Positions 44,791 to 57,760 of a stretch of DNA of 64,000 nt are shown here, piece after piece (position 1 is the first letter of the stretch; each line of letters opens with the position of its first letter). The position numbers were made by a program, and so were the translations under genes. The DNA is from the human T2T-CHM13v2.0 reference genome, Homo sapiens. The notes under the pieces were generated by a model that was given only the letters and a program-made list of their open reading frames with translations, was not told where the DNA came from and made no database searches. The DNA lies in NCBI RefSeq assembly GCF_009914755.1, contig NC_060925.1. One strand, given 5' to 3'.

Positions 44791-45618
44791 TTATGAGTTC
44801 AAAATGGCTGCCTTTTTCATGTTTAAGGTTATAACTAGGCCAGGTTATAATGTGAAGCTACATAACCAGTCCTATCTAAAGTAATCATTCAACATGTATG
44901 TATTAAGTTTCTCTACAAGGCTGCAGATATGCATACCTCACAGGATGTGTCTGCAGCCAGGTTCCAATCTAGTGACAGAGAAAGGACTGGCTGCTTCTCT
45001 TGTCAGCATTTTTGTTTTGTGATTATTTTCTCCAGTACAATCCCTTTCTGAAATGTTTTCCTTCTTAAGTGAATTCCTCTTGGGTATATCCTGGTTATTT
45101 TTCACTATTTGATATTCTTTGAAATGTGTATCCTTGCATTGTTGCCAAAGCACCTCCCTCTGGAACAACTACAGAATAAATAACAGCAGTATATATAGTA
45201 AATTCTTTCCTTGTGCTCACATAAAGTTTTGCACAACTTCAGTTAACATGAACAAGATATTAGATGTTCTGTTACATATTAAAATCTAGGAAGTAATAAG
45301 AGAAAAAAAAAAGCTTTTAAGGCTTTGCTTTCATAGCTATGGTAGGGCATGTTTAAGAATTACTCAGATTCTATAATGTTTGCTTGTGTTACTTCACCAA
45401 GCCACTTGTTTAGTGTTAACTGAATGATGCAAGCATTTGTGTGATGCTTCCTGTCCTTGAAAGGATTCATCTGAATGACAGCTAAGCCATCATGAGAAAG
45501 ACAGTCATCTTTGGAGATAGACTCACAAATCCCAGGTGTGAAGAAGATAGCACAGACCACAGAGAAACTACCTCAGGTCCCTGGCCAAAGGCTGTGGCTC
45601 ACAGAAATGGGTGATGCT

Positions 45619-45736
45619 GGCCAGTCACGGTGGCTCCTGCCTGTAATCCCAGCACTTTGTGAGGCCAAGGTGGGTGGATCACTTGAGGTCAGGAATTCGA
45701 GATCAGCCTGACCAACATGACAAAAACCCATCTCCA

Positions 45737-45772
<36 letters not shown>

Positions 45773-45947
45773 AGCCGGGCGTGCTGGCTCATGCCTGTAA
45801 TCCCAGCTATTCCAGAGGCTGAGGCACAAGAATCGCTGCACCTGGGAGGCAGAGGTTGCAGTGAGCTGAGATCGCACCACTGCACTCCAGGCTGGGTGAC
45901 AGAGTGAGACTCTGTCTCAAAAAAACAAAAACAAAAACAAAAACAAA
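45619..45947 (+). mobile_element. AluSx-like with expanded A33 middle linker
   Basis: Full dimer, (CAAAAA)n tail, degenerate TSD AAATGG...ATGCT. Confidence 0.93.
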
Positions 45948-46389
45948 TGGACAATGCTCTAGTATACTGAACTCTACAGGAACACCAATTCTTATTATTT
46001 CACACAGGTGCTTTTTCAATAAGACTTTGGTAGACAAATAAAACAACACTGATTGTCACTACTCTCAAGTTTTCTGGATGAGATCAGCAAAATGTAGCTG
46101 ATGGCAAATACCGTAAGTTTTTCACCTTCCAAAGTACTTTTGTATGTGAGATCTCACATGTTATGTTACTCAGTCCTTATTTTCTAATGCTGGCTTGGGA
46201 AATGGTGCTGCATTAGGGACAGTATTAAAATATACAGATTAAACATGTATTTATGGAATAAACCAGGCTAACTTCCCCCTCTGTCTTAGTAAAAGAAAAA
46301 TCCATGTAACAACTTTTGTCTTTATTTTTGTTTATTAAATCTTATAAAATATCTTAAGGCCGACTGACCTATTTGTATAATTATTTGTA

Positions 46390-46570
46390 AACAGTATACT
46401 GGATAGGACTGAAAACTCTGAAGTCAGACTTCCTGCATTAAAATTCTAGTTCTAGCACTTACTAGCTATTATGACCTTGGCCAAATAAATTATACTTTCT
46501 GGGCAACAGCTTCCTCATCACAGGACTGTTGGGAGAATTAACACGAAAAACAGGTATATAAAGCTCTTTG
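46390..46570 (+). mobile_element. MIR
   Basis: CTCTGAAGTCAGAC..CACTTACTAGCT..TGACCTTGG..CAGCTTCCTCATC. Confidence 0.65.
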
Positions 46571-49500
46571 CACAGATGTGAAATAAATGTTTCCTTTAAT
46601 TTTCTTTGCTTCCTTAAAGCCTTTGTTTGACTTAATGAAATGATACGTTTGAGTACATATAAGTTAAATGATCATCTAATCCATGATATACACAGTTTAT
46701 ATTATTACATATTTAAGTGGTCAGTATTGGATAGGTAGTATCACAGTCCACGAAACTTAGCATCTTTGGCTAAAATGAAAGGATGTAGCCACATAAGAGT
46801 ATTATTCTAACTTCATTCATTCTATAGACTACAATGAACTCCAGCTACATGTGCATCAAAACAAGGAAAGTATTAACAGCAAGATAAAGTCCACTCCTGC
46901 TCAAAGTGTCATTCAAATTGGAGCATTAAGAACAAAATCATGTCTCAGACAGCATTGACCTAGGGTCTAAAGAACTGGGTTCTAATCTCATTATTTCCAT
47001 TTTCTAACTGTAATTGAATAAAATTGCTTAATCCTGTGGCTTTCAAACTCCTTGATTTTAGAATGCAGACAACCCTGCTTACTATACAGGGTTCTTTGGA
47101 AAATTAGGTAGAAAAGTGCACATAAAGCATGCTGGTAAATCTAAAATAACATTAAAATGTAAGTCATTATTACTGTCTTTGGTAAAATATAAAAACTATG
47201 GGGGAAAAAGGCTTACATGATAAAGAGATTCATAATAAACACTTTCAAATAAAGAAGATATTGCAAACTAATCATAAGCCATTTGGGTGGCTGTATACAG
47301 GATGTGTAAAAGTAGGTAGAAAATCATAAATATATGCATCTATGTATATATATGTTTATATATGTATTAGAGAAGATAAGCTATTCCTGATTCAAGCCCA
47401 AGCAGTTGAGATTACAATATGGAAGTAAAATATTCCTTTCAAGTGTCTAACTAAGCATGTCGCAGTTCCACAATGGATTATAAAGTGTTTCATCTGTCAC
47501 TTAAAGATCACTCAAAGGATTTATGTCTTACTTCTAAGGGACAATAGTGCCATATGGGTTATCATTCTAGGATCTATATATTGATGAGAAAGAGAATAGA
47601 TCAATGATGGCCTATTGTGGTTCTTTTCTCAATAAAACTCCCCATTTTCTTCCCGATGTGCTGCTGTAAATGCGTTTAGTACTGAGTGTTCAGACAGAAT
47701 GCAGAAAAAAATGGAGTGATTCAATATAACACATATGAAATTAGATCACCATGCATCACAATAATATTCATTTCATTGATTTTTGAAATCCCCATTAAAC
47801 ATCTGTTTCATATAACTGCTGTCTATACTCTTTCTCTAAATGTGACCACACACATTAATTGTGTGTATCACACAATTGGTTAGAGAATAACAAGAACATT
47901 TTTAAAAATGTTATGAATGGAGACACCATTTAAATAGTATTTTTTTCCATTACACAAGATTCTTTTTGTACACCAGCACATAACAATAAGTCCAGAACCA
48001 AGTGGATTACTGAGTATTATTATATCATTTTGAAAATCTGATACATGCTGAATTTCTCTTTGTATTTAATGTATAAAACAGTACAATTTTAAAAAGCACT
48101 AGAAAAGAGAATAAAATAATCAAATAATTTTTATGAAGTTATAGTATTTCAATTGGCTTCTATACTTCATGTAGAAAACACACAAATTCTATCGTGCCAA
48201 TGTAATTACTTCACCTAACTTCATGTTAGAACTTATATCAGACTTCAATTTAGAATATCTACAGGTGAGAAAGGATGTGAACATATTCTTTATAACAAAG
48301 CAATGAATGTATTAAGAAGTACAAGTACACATATGAAATGAATTGAATTTGAGTGGTTGAAATTCTTATAGAGGATTTTTTATCTGTAATAAATGTCCAG
48401 TGATTTAATACAAACACAATGAGAATATGGGTTCACCATGCATTTTTGGTCTCATACTTTTTACTTCCTTTATACATTTGGAAAAAATACATAGATTTTA
48501 TTTTGTTTAACAAAATTATGGCTTTCTTTATGGAGATGGATAAAATATCCTTGAGTATATTGTACTTTTATAACAGATCATGTCTATATTAGGATCTGTT
48601 GCATCTTTTCTTCTATCTATAGGACATTATGACACAATGAGAACAACAAACCCTTTGGACAAAAAAAAGAAGTACCTTTTTCTTCATTATTATTTTATAA
48701 TATTGCAATTTGCTTATAATTAGTAGAAGTTATTGCAATAATTGAAATTATACTTTAATATAAGCATTTGGTTTAGTTGAAACATTTCTAGAAAAGATGT
48801 TAATGTAATTTCATATTTCAGCCATAAATTTATCCTCATTACTCTGCTTTATGGTATTATTTATTAAAGTATACTTTGTCTCTTGAGCCTTTTCTCTTCT
48901 CCTTTTCTTTATTTCCCTCCCTTCTATTTTCTCTGTTTCTTTTTCTCATTTGGCTTTTGCTATAAAACAATTTCCTTAAATTTTAATCCCCGCATTGTGA
49001 AGTAAGGGTAAGCAAAAATCTCAAACAATACGCCTCAGGCAAAGATTTTTTTTCTTAATGATTGGAGTTCTTAGATAGTGTTAGGAAATTACTGTTTAGG
49101 ACTGTGTAAGTACACTATATCCCAAAGTAAAGAAATCATTAATAATAAAATACTAAAAAGGAACAGTTATATTACAAAATAAATCTTCCAGGCTTACAAA
49201 GAAAACAAATTTGCAACAGCCACCTGCTGTGGAGATGAGGCAGTAATCTCAACAGCAGGAAATAAAAGGAAAGAGAGGAGAAAAATACAAAAGCACAGAC
49301 ATTAAAAAAGTAATTAAAACACTTATCTCCATCGACATACATAACGGAAAAAAACCCTCAACCAACCACCTAAAAACATACTCTATTGAACTGCACAGTA
49401 GGAAACAGCATTAAAGCTGCCACCATAAACACACATTCCGTAGAAGGAAGAAGACCCCTTTAAAAATGTAATATCAAAAGTATTACTAAAGTGTTAATCA

Positions 49501-51118
49501 CCAGTAAATGTAACTCACATTCATTGTATTGTATTAGTTACTTTCTGGAAGGCGTTTTTAAAAATTGTACTTTTACATTTTTTACTCAAGTAAATTCTTA
49601 AACACAGGCACTGATAACCCCTTTATCAGTAATTGTTCTAGCAAATTATACAATCATATTGTGAGACTGAAACATTCTGTATTTGAAAAACTTTATGTAA
49701 TAATTGTTAACATATCATGCATCTTGATAATGGCATTTAAACAGTTTCCTTTGAAGTAAACTAGCCTTTGCTATAGTACTGGAAAAAAATGAGGTGAAAC
49801 ACAATGTATGAGTTAGGGTCATGGATTAAAACGGAAATGAAAGCTAAGAATCGTTCTGAATTACTCATGTATGCTCTGGCCTTCAGAGCTCTGCAAAGTG
49901 AAACAATGCAAGACTGAGGAAGCAAGTGGCAGGCTTTAAAATAAAGAACATGTAGCAAACGCGCTTGTGACTCTCTTAGCTGCTGGAACTTGTTTTCTAC
50001 ATCTATGTGATTTTCTCCAGGCATATATGTGAAACGATGGAGAGCTGCTCAGTTCAGAAGGATAAGATCTCTCTAATGAGCTCTTGGCTCTGTTACTTAT
50101 ATAGCTATAAATCCAAGCATAAATAATTAAACTTTAAGCCTCAGTTTCCTCATCTTTAAAATGAGAAGCTACAAAACCGCATCTCCTTATAGAACTGTTA
50201 TGTGGACAAGTAAGCATAAAATAGCTCTGTCATACTGAAATAATTTTATAGGTAGAAAATGTAATTCACAAACATAGAAATTTGTCGTGCTACCATATAA
50301 TTATTTTATCTGGTGATAATATTCATCGATCAGTGTTATTTCATTTTAATTCTGCATTTTCTTCTTTAAATGATAAACTTCTGTGCAAATTTATTTTATT
50401 TTACTCTAAGTCATTACTGTAATTTCATAAGTTTTCCAAAAAAATTACTGTTCTCAATAGATTTTTACAAGAAATATGTTAGATATTAGAAAATATGAAA
50501 TCATTTTCATGCATAAATATACTTGGAATATATTTAGTATTACTGTCATATTGCTGAGACTTAAAATCACAGTACTTTTCTAGGAATTCAGAAAATTCCA
50601 CAAGAAAATCACCTTCTAAAGGGCATTCTTGATGGATGCGCTTGGTCAACAATTCCAGAAACATGTTTGACCTTTTTGCACCTCAGTTTCTTCATCCATA
50701 AAATAGGTAAATCATCTAGAAATGGAGTTCTGGGCCTTGTCTGTGTTTTTTACAGACTCCAAGACTATATTAAAACAGAGTACCTTTTAGAAGTATGCAT
50801 TTTATTGTGTACAGAGGGCTCACACTTTTCATGACATTCTCCTAGGATCCTGTGACTCAAAAATAATTAAAGAATCACATTTCCCCACTCTAGCATTAAA
50901 TCAATTACACTATACCATATCCAAATGTCTTTTCAAGTGTACAGACTATGGCTGAAAATGCCAAATGCACTGCGATTTTCCACATCTAACAATCACTACA
51001 TACCTGTTCATAAAAGAAAGAATATCTGTTTATAAAAGAAGTTGTAAGAATATTGGGTCCAGTGTAAGCGGAAGCAACAGTTTTTAATATCAGACATCCT
51101 TATGTTCATATCGATATG

Positions 51119-51505
51119 TGATATGGTTTGACTGTATCCCCACCCAAATCTCATCTTGAATTGTAATCTCTGTAATCCCCATTAATTCTCACATGTTGTG
51201 GGAGGGACCTGGTGGGAGGTAACTGAATCATGGGGGTGATTTCCCCCATGCTGTTCTCATGATAGTGAGTGAGTTCTCATGAGATCTGATGGTTTTATAA
51301 GCATCTGTGATTTCCCCTGCTGGCACTCACTCCGTCCTGCTACCCTGTGAGTAAGGTGCTTGCTTCTCCTTTGCCTTCTGCCATACTGTAAGTTTCCTGA
51401 GGCCTCCCCAGCAATGTGAAACTGTGAGTCAATTAAACCTCTATCCTTTATAAATTATCCAGTCTTGGGTATTTCTTCATAGCAGCGTGAGAACCAACTA
51501 ATATA
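51119..51505 (+). mobile_element. MaLR solo LTR (THE1D/MSTA-like)
   Basis: TGATATGGTTTGACTGTATCCCCACCCAAATCTCATCTTGAATTG...GTCAATTAAACCTC...ACTAATATA. Confidence 0.88.
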
Positions 51506-52059
51506 CTACTTCACTATAAATACTAGCTGTTTAACCTTGCATAATCACAGTTATTTAAATTTTAAGTCTCAGTCTCAACTATAAAATCTGCTCTGCTGGG
51601 ATATTAAATGAGATAATATATCTCAATAGTATGATAATTGCTTAGCATACTGACTGGCATATGGAAAATGTTAACAGATGAACTGATCTTGATGTACTTA
51701 AAGCTTAAAAAATCTATTATTTTCATATGCATACCTTTCTTGACATTTTTTCTTCCTTGATATTTAACACAATTATTATATAAAACACCATAAAAACAAC
51801 TTTAACAACAATGAAAACTATGGACACTTTAAAACATTCAGTCCCAATTGAAATTTCCTTGAGTATTGGTGATTAAGCATACAAAACTTGGCAGTTTCAT
51901 TGTATAATCATTATATATCTAGTTCTGAAATTTTTGTTGCATAAAATTATTTTAAAATAGTCTATCATATTCAACTTTTGGATCTGGAAACCAGCTTGAT
52001 GTTTTAAGAATCATGAGGACAATCAGTTGGAAATACAAATCCTAGGTATTAATTTAACC

Positions 52060-53600
52060 ACTTATTCATTAATATTTACTGAATGCCTACTACGTGCTAA
52101 ACACCATATTAGGTGATGAAGATACATAGATGAGTACCTACTATGTACTAAACACCATATTAGGTGCTGGGAATATATAGATAAATAGCTTCTGGGGTAG
52201 TAGGAAGAAGGACATGTAATAAAAAAATTTAGAATAGAGCAAGACACCTGCTATGAGAGAAGGATGCATAGGTTACCACAGGAGCAGTTACAAAGGCACT
52301 TCACCTGGACTGCAGACAACATTCTAAAGCTGAGTCTTAAAAGATTAATGTTTCCAGTCATAGAAAAAGGGGGAGTATAAGCTTCATATACAAGGGCATG
52401 ATGGGGTATGAGTTCAATCTGACAACAACTGGGGTATGATGAGGGGAGTAGATAGGAGGAGACAGGAAGAAGCAAAATGCGAAATTTGACAAATAGGCAG
52501 GGTCCAAACTATGAGGGGTCATTCAAGTCACACCAGGATGTTTGGATTTTACACTGAGGAAACATTTTAGGAAATGATATAATCAGCTTTGTACATTAGC
52601 AAGGACAAATTGGTAGTAGTATATAGAAATAATTTGCAGAAAATAAGAATGGAAGAAGGTGGATATAAGGGGATACTGCATAAATCCAGATAAGAAAGGA
52701 AAACTTCTCTTCTTCTTCTTAACCAGGATTACTAGTAACCTCCACTAACATGGCATTGCAGGGGGTATCCATAGCTTAGTATAAACACAGCTTACCCTCC
52801 TGGGGCAACAATTTCACTCAAAGATAAGTAACTTAAATTATAGTGTTCATATTACGACAAATGTAGAGAGACTGAAAAATGAGATGCAAATTTTGAATGA
52901 AATTTTAATACTTCAAAGACATTCTATATATGGCATTCAAAACTGTGCCTCCAGATTCCCTAGAGGTATGTTTTCATTCTCTTCTCCTATTACAGTAACT
53001 TAAATGAGAAAAAATAGCACTTATACTAAGATACTGACAGTGGGGATGCAGAAGAATAAAAATATAATCTCAATATATTTAGGCATTAACTTCATAGGAT
53101 TTGGTCCCTTGTGGTTATAAATGGCAAGGTCAAAGCTGAGTCTCAGCTTTCTGTTGTATCTCAATAGCCTATACGTCCTTCTCTCATAGCACATGTCTTG
53201 CTCCATTCTAATTTTTTTTTATTACATGTCCTTCTTCTACTGCACTGTGATTCAGTATAGTGGAAGAGGGGCAGATTCTAAGGGAAGAGTGTTGTTCCTT
53301 TTTGGACATATTTAATGGAGTGTGGAACAAAAATCTGAAGCTCAGGAGGGAAATCCCGTCTAGATAAACAGATTTGAAAATTGTTAGCAAAAAAAATGGT
53401 GCTGGGAGTCAGAGATGCTAATGAGCATTAATCCAGGGAGAGCGTATACAATAATCAGAAGAGAAGGCCAAGAGGGGAGCATAAGATAACACACATACCT
53501 TAAGGAAGGAAAGAGAAAAGGAAGCTAAAGGAGATATTGAAGAAGGACCAATCAGTCAGGAGGAGGGGTAGGAAAAAGCGGCATGCTGGAAGTCAAAAAA
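52060..53600 (-). mobile_element. L2 fragment(s) with internal tandem and inverted duplications
   Basis: TTCATT..ATTTACTGAATGCCTACTACGTGC terminus and TTTTGGACAT-type L2 phrases. Interrupted at about 52700-53040. Confidence 0.6.
52199..53241. repeat. Inverted repeat, 77-bp arms (52199-52275 and 53165-53241), ~0.89-kb spacer
   Basis: AAGAAGGACATGTAATAAAAAAA..TAGAAT.GAGCAAGACA..TGCTATGAGAGAAGGA versus its reverse complement, ~88% by manual alignment. Confidence 0.9.
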
Positions 53601-56600
53601 AGAGAGGTATCAGCTCAAACTTTCTTGTTATCACAGAAGAAAACTGGATGCAAAAATTTAAAACATTATACAGCGCATAACACTATGTACACTGTAAAGC
53701 ACAAACAGTGTTCAAAAGAACACTTTTGATTTTAGGAGTCATCTTTCTTGATTTTTCAGTACAATACATGGCCACTAGCCTACAATTAATTTTAGAAATA
53801 ATATAAACAAAAAAGATTTATTGAAAGAGAATATTAAACAGAACAAAAGCAACAAAACACAAATACATATATTGTAACTATTAGAATCTATTTAAATGAG
53901 CCAACTCAGAAGAAGAAAGGGGAAAACTCTATAATAGCCACATGGGGAAGTATTCTAGTGGCAATGTTGGACAAGTATGAAAAGAATGAATTGGCCAGAA
54001 GGAGAATACATCACATGAAATCCCAGGAATCAGTACAATGGAGAATATATTCGCACTGGAGCACTTTCTCAAGAAGTAAAAATTAAGTCAGTAATGGCAA
54101 CTGCACATCAGTTACATTCTGAGTAAATAATATAAAAGGGACATAACTTAATTTGTGTAATATTTGTTTGATTAAAAACTACATTTAGAAAATATTCTCT
54201 TACAATCTTAAATAAATACATCAAAACTAAAGCCCTGAACAATGGAGGTGTTGTTTTTCTACTAGTGGGTTTGGAAATCCCACAGAAGGGTACATTCACG
54301 TCTGGTTCACCCTACCACAGATTTTCTGACCTCTGAAACCAAAACCAAATAAAGACTCCTAGACAGTAGAAATATATGGGTAACGTAGCGACACCTAGGT
54401 TTGCTCTCGGTTTCCCTACCTACTAGCTTTGTGATGTATGGCAAATTAGCTTACTTCCCTGTGCCTTAGTTTCCTCACCTGTGAAATGAAATGTTTAGTG
54501 CTTCCTCACCTGACCTAAGTGCTCTTGAATTATGAAGCATGTAGACAGATATGAGAAATTTAATAATAATGAAAATTATTTTCATTTTAATTGGAGCACA
54601 TTAAAATGTACATTAATATGCATTTAATATAAATTTAATAATACACATATAAATGTATATTAATGTGCAATTGGCAAACAGTCATGTTTTGATTTATCCC
54701 ACTACTAGGTGAAGAATCTATAGCAACAGTTCATGGTGGATTAATTAGGGAGATCAAATAGAAATTCTCAGTTGCTGTTTAGAAACTATTTAAGTTCACT
54801 GTAAACTATATAATACATACCAATTCACGAATTATACTAACATCTGAACCACTCTAATGATAGTATAGAGAGCATACATTTTGACAGAATCAATAAAAAT
54901 CTCACATTTTTAAAGTCAATGTAAAATAATGAATTACATTCCAAATGCCTTTGGTTTAATAAACTGAGCAGTCTGCTTTGATACTTTCTTTTCAGTTTCT
55001 GAATAGGTAATTTCTATGATGACATATGGTTTTAGGGCCATTTTTAATCATTTGTAAATACGTTTATATTTTTTAAAGAAGGCATATTCTAATGCTAAGC
55101 CATGTGATTCATCCTCTAAGACCAGGCTGTATAAAGGGCCACTACCGGCAATGAAGTCTAGTTCAATCAGTTTACATTCCAGCCACAATCTAGACTCTTT
55201 TGAAACCCTAACTTGCTGTTTTGTCAATGTATTCTACAGAAGATAAAGAAAAAGAGAGAGAATCTAATTCAGAAGGTCTTTCACCACTAACTGTCTTAAA
55301 TATAGGCTCAACATTATACAAGCTCAGTAATAATAAATATTTTAAAACTTTGCATTTGTAAAGTGATTTATTACTTAAAAATATTTCTTATATACTTGAG
55401 CCCCACAAAAACACTATGGACTAGGTATCCTTATGCTCATTTACAGATGACAAACTGAGGTTCAAGGCAGTAAAAAAAGCTTTCTATAATCTCACAGACA
55501 AGTGGCAAAGACAGATTTAAAATAGCAAAAACTGTTAAATACATCGTTTCTTCCATCATTTCATAAAATATACTTTAGGGCAGCATTTAATCTTTATTGT
55601 TAGAGAGAGAAAAAGGAAGCTTAACCTAGTCTGAAAATTTGGCATACAATGCTATGTGGTGCTTGAATGTTAATATAGCTATTTTATTCATAAGAAAGAA
55701 AAAAATATGCTTTAAAGATTAGTAGGTAATTACTTACCTATCATCCCACCTACACTACATTTTGGAATGATTTTAGGTAAGCCACACCCACTTAAACTTA
55801 AATGGCGTCTTGTAAAAGTATCTTCTAAGCACTACTCATTTGTTTAAAGCACAGATCTACAATGACAAAAATCAATTCATTTTGAGAAAGAGGTAATAAT
55901 TAAAGTGTTATTTTTCTTCTTTCACTGCAAGTCATTTGGCCTATGTTAAATCAACTATCAAATTTTCATTCATTATTTCTACATGAAGGATTCTGCCAGC
56001 TCAAAAAAGTATAAATCTTCATTTGACAAATTTAAACTATAACTGTCCCAGATGTTATCAGGCCTCATAGTTCTTATCCCTTAAAAACAGCAAAATATTG
56101 TCAAGTCACACCACCCCCCATACCCTCAGATAACCCCTGGAATCAATAATATTTGTAACTTGTAAGTGCACGGTTAAGGAGAACAGAAGGCAAGTGCTGT
56201 CCTCGTTAACCACATTGAGCTGTGATACCACAGCCGACTCCCTTGTGTGACCTGTGATCAATTTTAATCTCCTGACCAAGAATAAAAGAGTGCAGACTCC
56301 TGATTCTGGATTCATCTTGAAAGGAGATTATAGATTTGCATGTTTGCAGTGGGAATGAAAGATTTAATTCAACTGGCATTTCAGGAAAGAACACATCTAA
56401 ACTATCATTCCTCCTCATTTACCCTCACTGCTTCCAGGTCCTCTATTGACAGAACTAAATACTGAAAACTGTGTACGCGATGGGTTAAAAAGCAAAGCTA
56501 TCTTCGTGGACATATGATCAAATAACTACAGAAACAGACTCCATAGTGATTTCAGTACATGATTTCAGATGGAATCAGATTTTTGTATCTCAGATTTCAG

Positions 56601-56835
56601 ATTTCTCTATAAAGATTACAATTTTTTGCCCAACTTCTTCATGTGAAAATCCTATTTTTAAGCAATTAAAGAATTCATTGTTTGCTCAAATCATGATTAG
56701 CTGCTTACAAAATACATATATCCAAGTACATTGATACATCTGGGGAGCTTTAAAATGCAAAGTAACCGTGATGTCAGAAAGAGGAAAGACATTACCAGTT
56801 TTAGTTTCATATCTCTATTTGTAACTATATATCGG

Positions 56836-56890
56836 TGTGTTTGTGTGTGTGTATATATATATGTGTGTGTGTGTGTCTGTGTACGTATGT
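56836..56890. repeat. Compound (TG)n(TA)n(TG)n microsatellite
   Basis: Seen directly. Confidence 0.9.
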
Positions 56891-56913
56891 ACAAACATAC
56901 ATATGATAATAGA

Positions 56914-57292
56914 TGTATTCATCCATTTTCACACTGCTGATAAAGACATACAGGAGACAGGGCAATTTACAAAAGAAAGAGACTTATTGGACTTATAGTA
57001 CCATGTGGCTGGGAAGGCCTCACAATCATGCCAGAAGGCAAGGAGGAGCAAGTCACATCTTACATGGAAGGCAGCAGGCAAAAAGAGAGCCTGTGCAGAG
57101 AAACTCTTGCTTTTAAAACCATCAGATTTGGTGAGACCCATTTACTATCACGAGAACAACACAGGAAAGACCTGCCCCCATGATTCAATCATTTCCCACC
57201 AGGTTCCTCCCACAACACATGGGAATTATGGGAGCTATAAGATGAGAGTTGGGTGGGGACAGAGAATTTCATTTGGGTGATAAACCGTATCA
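56914..57292 (-). mobile_element. MaLR solo LTR (THE1A/B-like)
   Basis: TGTATT..CCATTTTCACACTGCTGATAAAGACATAC...GGGTGGGGACA...AAACCGTATCA. Confidence 0.88.
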
Positions 57293-57539
57293 GTGAGTTT
57301 ATACAAAAATGCACAAATCTTATTTTTCTATAGAGAGAAAAAATAAAATATCTTATTGTTGAAAATCAAGTAAATATAAGGTGTTCTAGGAGGTTTCAGG
57401 GGCAATCCATGCAACTGCAATTTGAAAATTCTATAATTAGTATTAAATAACTTTTTCTATACATCAGATAACATTTCCAATTCCACATCATCACAGCAGT
57501 TTTCAAACATTCACAATGCATCACGTACTGTGCTAGACA

Positions 57540-57760
57540 AATCCGAGCCAGAACCTAAGTTTGAGTCCTGACTCTGCTACTTTCCAGCAAGTTAGCTTAC
57601 CATCTTTTACTACAGATTTTTTCATCTGCAAAACAAGAATAAGATCCTTAATAGCACTGAGATTAGGATTTTTTGTAATGATTAAATGAGATAATATAAG
57701 CAAACCTAGAAGTAGTGCTCGTGGTACTTAATAGTTACTACACAGGTGTTAGTTGTAGTA
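57540..57760 (+). mobile_element. MIR
   Basis: TTTGAGTCCTGACTCTGCTACTT..TCATCTGCAAAA..GATTAAATGAGATAAT. Confidence 0.65.
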
